Part shown: positions 63,269 to 64,000 of the stretch, piece after piece
Layout of the letters: each line of letters starts with the position of its first letter
How positions within the stretch are numbered: the first letter of the stretch is position 1
NCBI GenBank assembly: GCA_038231455.1
Contig: JBBRLI010000007.1
Location: 64,001 to 128,000 of the forward strand
Length of the DNA stretch: 64,000 bases
Source of the DNA: Vulcanimicrobiales bacterium
GTDB lineage: Bacteria; Vulcanimicrobiota; Vulcanimicrobiia; Vulcanimicrobiales; Vulcanimicrobiaceae
Reading direction: 5' to 3'
Program-made: the position numbers and the translations under genes
Notes under the pieces: generated by a model
Seen by the model: the letters and a program-made list of their open reading frames with translations, nothing else
Told to the model about the DNA's origin: nothing
Database searches by the model: none

Positions 63269-64000
63269 CTAAAGGCCTTTGACGGTGGCGCGGACATCCG
63301 AGCGCGAGCGCGCGTGCCCGCCTCGTTCGACGCCGCCAGAAATCCCGTAGAACGCAAGAATGGTTTCAGCCGCCGCATACGGATCGCCGCCCGGTTCGAG
63401 CGCGGCGATTTGTTCTTCGAGTTTGCGTTCGAGCGTGCCGAGCGCGAGCTGACGCACTTGATGATCGAACGCCGCGCGTCGCTTCACGGCGATCTCGCCC
63501 GTCGATTTGAGATACGCGTCGTGCGCGAGGATCGCATCCCAGAGTTCGGCGATGCCTTTGCCTTCGAGCGCCTGGGTGAGCACGAGTTCGGGATTCCAGC
63601 CGTGGAAATGCAACATCTCCATCATCGAGCGAATCTCGCGCTGCAACTGAAGCGCCATCGGATGATCGGCTTTGTTAACGACAAAAATATCGGCAACTTC
63701 AAGAATACCGGCTTTGAGGACTTGCACCGAATCGCCGCTGCCGGGCTGCAATGCGACGAGTGTGGTATCCGCGACTTCGGCGATTTCGATCTCCGACTGA
63801 CCGACGCCGACCGTTTCCACGATCACGACGTCTTTGCCGAAGGCGTCCATCAACGTCACGGCATCGGCGGTCGCGCCGGAGAGGCCGCCGAGATGGCCGC
63901 GCGAGGCCATCGAACGAATGAAAACGTCGGGATCGACGAAGTGCTCGGTGAGGCGAATGCGGTCGCCGAGGAGCGCGCCGTGCGAGAACGGCGAACTCGG
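63269..64000 (-). CDS. meaB: MeaB/MMAA GTPase chaperone of B12 mutases (5' part outside the window)
   Basis: GALLGDRIR, FIRSMASRG, ETVGVGQSE, KAGILE, VVNKAD. Confidence 0.93.
   Translation of the reverse strand, partial: PSSPFSHGALLGDRIRLTEHFVDPDVFIRSMASRGHLGGLSGATADAVTLMDAFGKDVVIVETVGVGQSEIEIAEVADTTLVALQPGSGDSVQVLKAGILEVADIFVVNKADHPMALQLQREIRSMMEMLHFHGWNPELVLTQALEGKGIAELWDAILAHDAYLKSTGEIAVKRRAAFDHQVRQLALGTLERKLEEQIAALEPGGDPYAAAETILAFYGISGGVERGGHARSRSDVRATVKGL

Overview
A GC-rich bacterial chromosome segment made mostly of housekeeping genes: tgt, ileS, hom/metX, eno, ndk, birA, acpS, nnr, ligA, uvrA, uvrB, prs-rplY-pth, thyX, glmU, gltX and a B12-dependent acyl-CoA mutase cluster. It also carries three tRNAs (Val-TAC, Glu-TTC, Ile2/Met-CAT). 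The gene mix (csaB/DUF5693, a beta-barrel-like exported protein, several phosphoesterases) suggests a diderm Terrabacteria soil lineage such as Eremiobacterota; this is inference only. The strongest signal missed by the ORF track is a minus-strand cluster: thyX, a monoheme cytochrome c, a PrdB-like protein, a peroxiredoxin and a degenerate M48 protein. The PrdB-like and peroxiredoxin genes each have an in-frame TGA at the catalytic Sec/Cys position followed by a SECIS-like hairpin. They look like two tandem selenoproteins, and no prdA/grd partner genes are present in the window. Other candidates: a stand-alone ~120-nt structured sRNA with its own promoter, operator and C6-loop terminator; an apparently split chemoreceptor; pth with only a CTG start, in frame with rplY; a local strand-asymmetric composition footprint with 35-bp repeats between uvrB and prs; a degenerate ArgB-like protein; isobutyryl-CoA mutase signature residues; an internally deleted IS1202/ISNCY-type element with a 16-bp duplication at a tRNA 3' end; and a decayed Fic gene. 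All family calls come from motif recognition by eye, and no searches were run.
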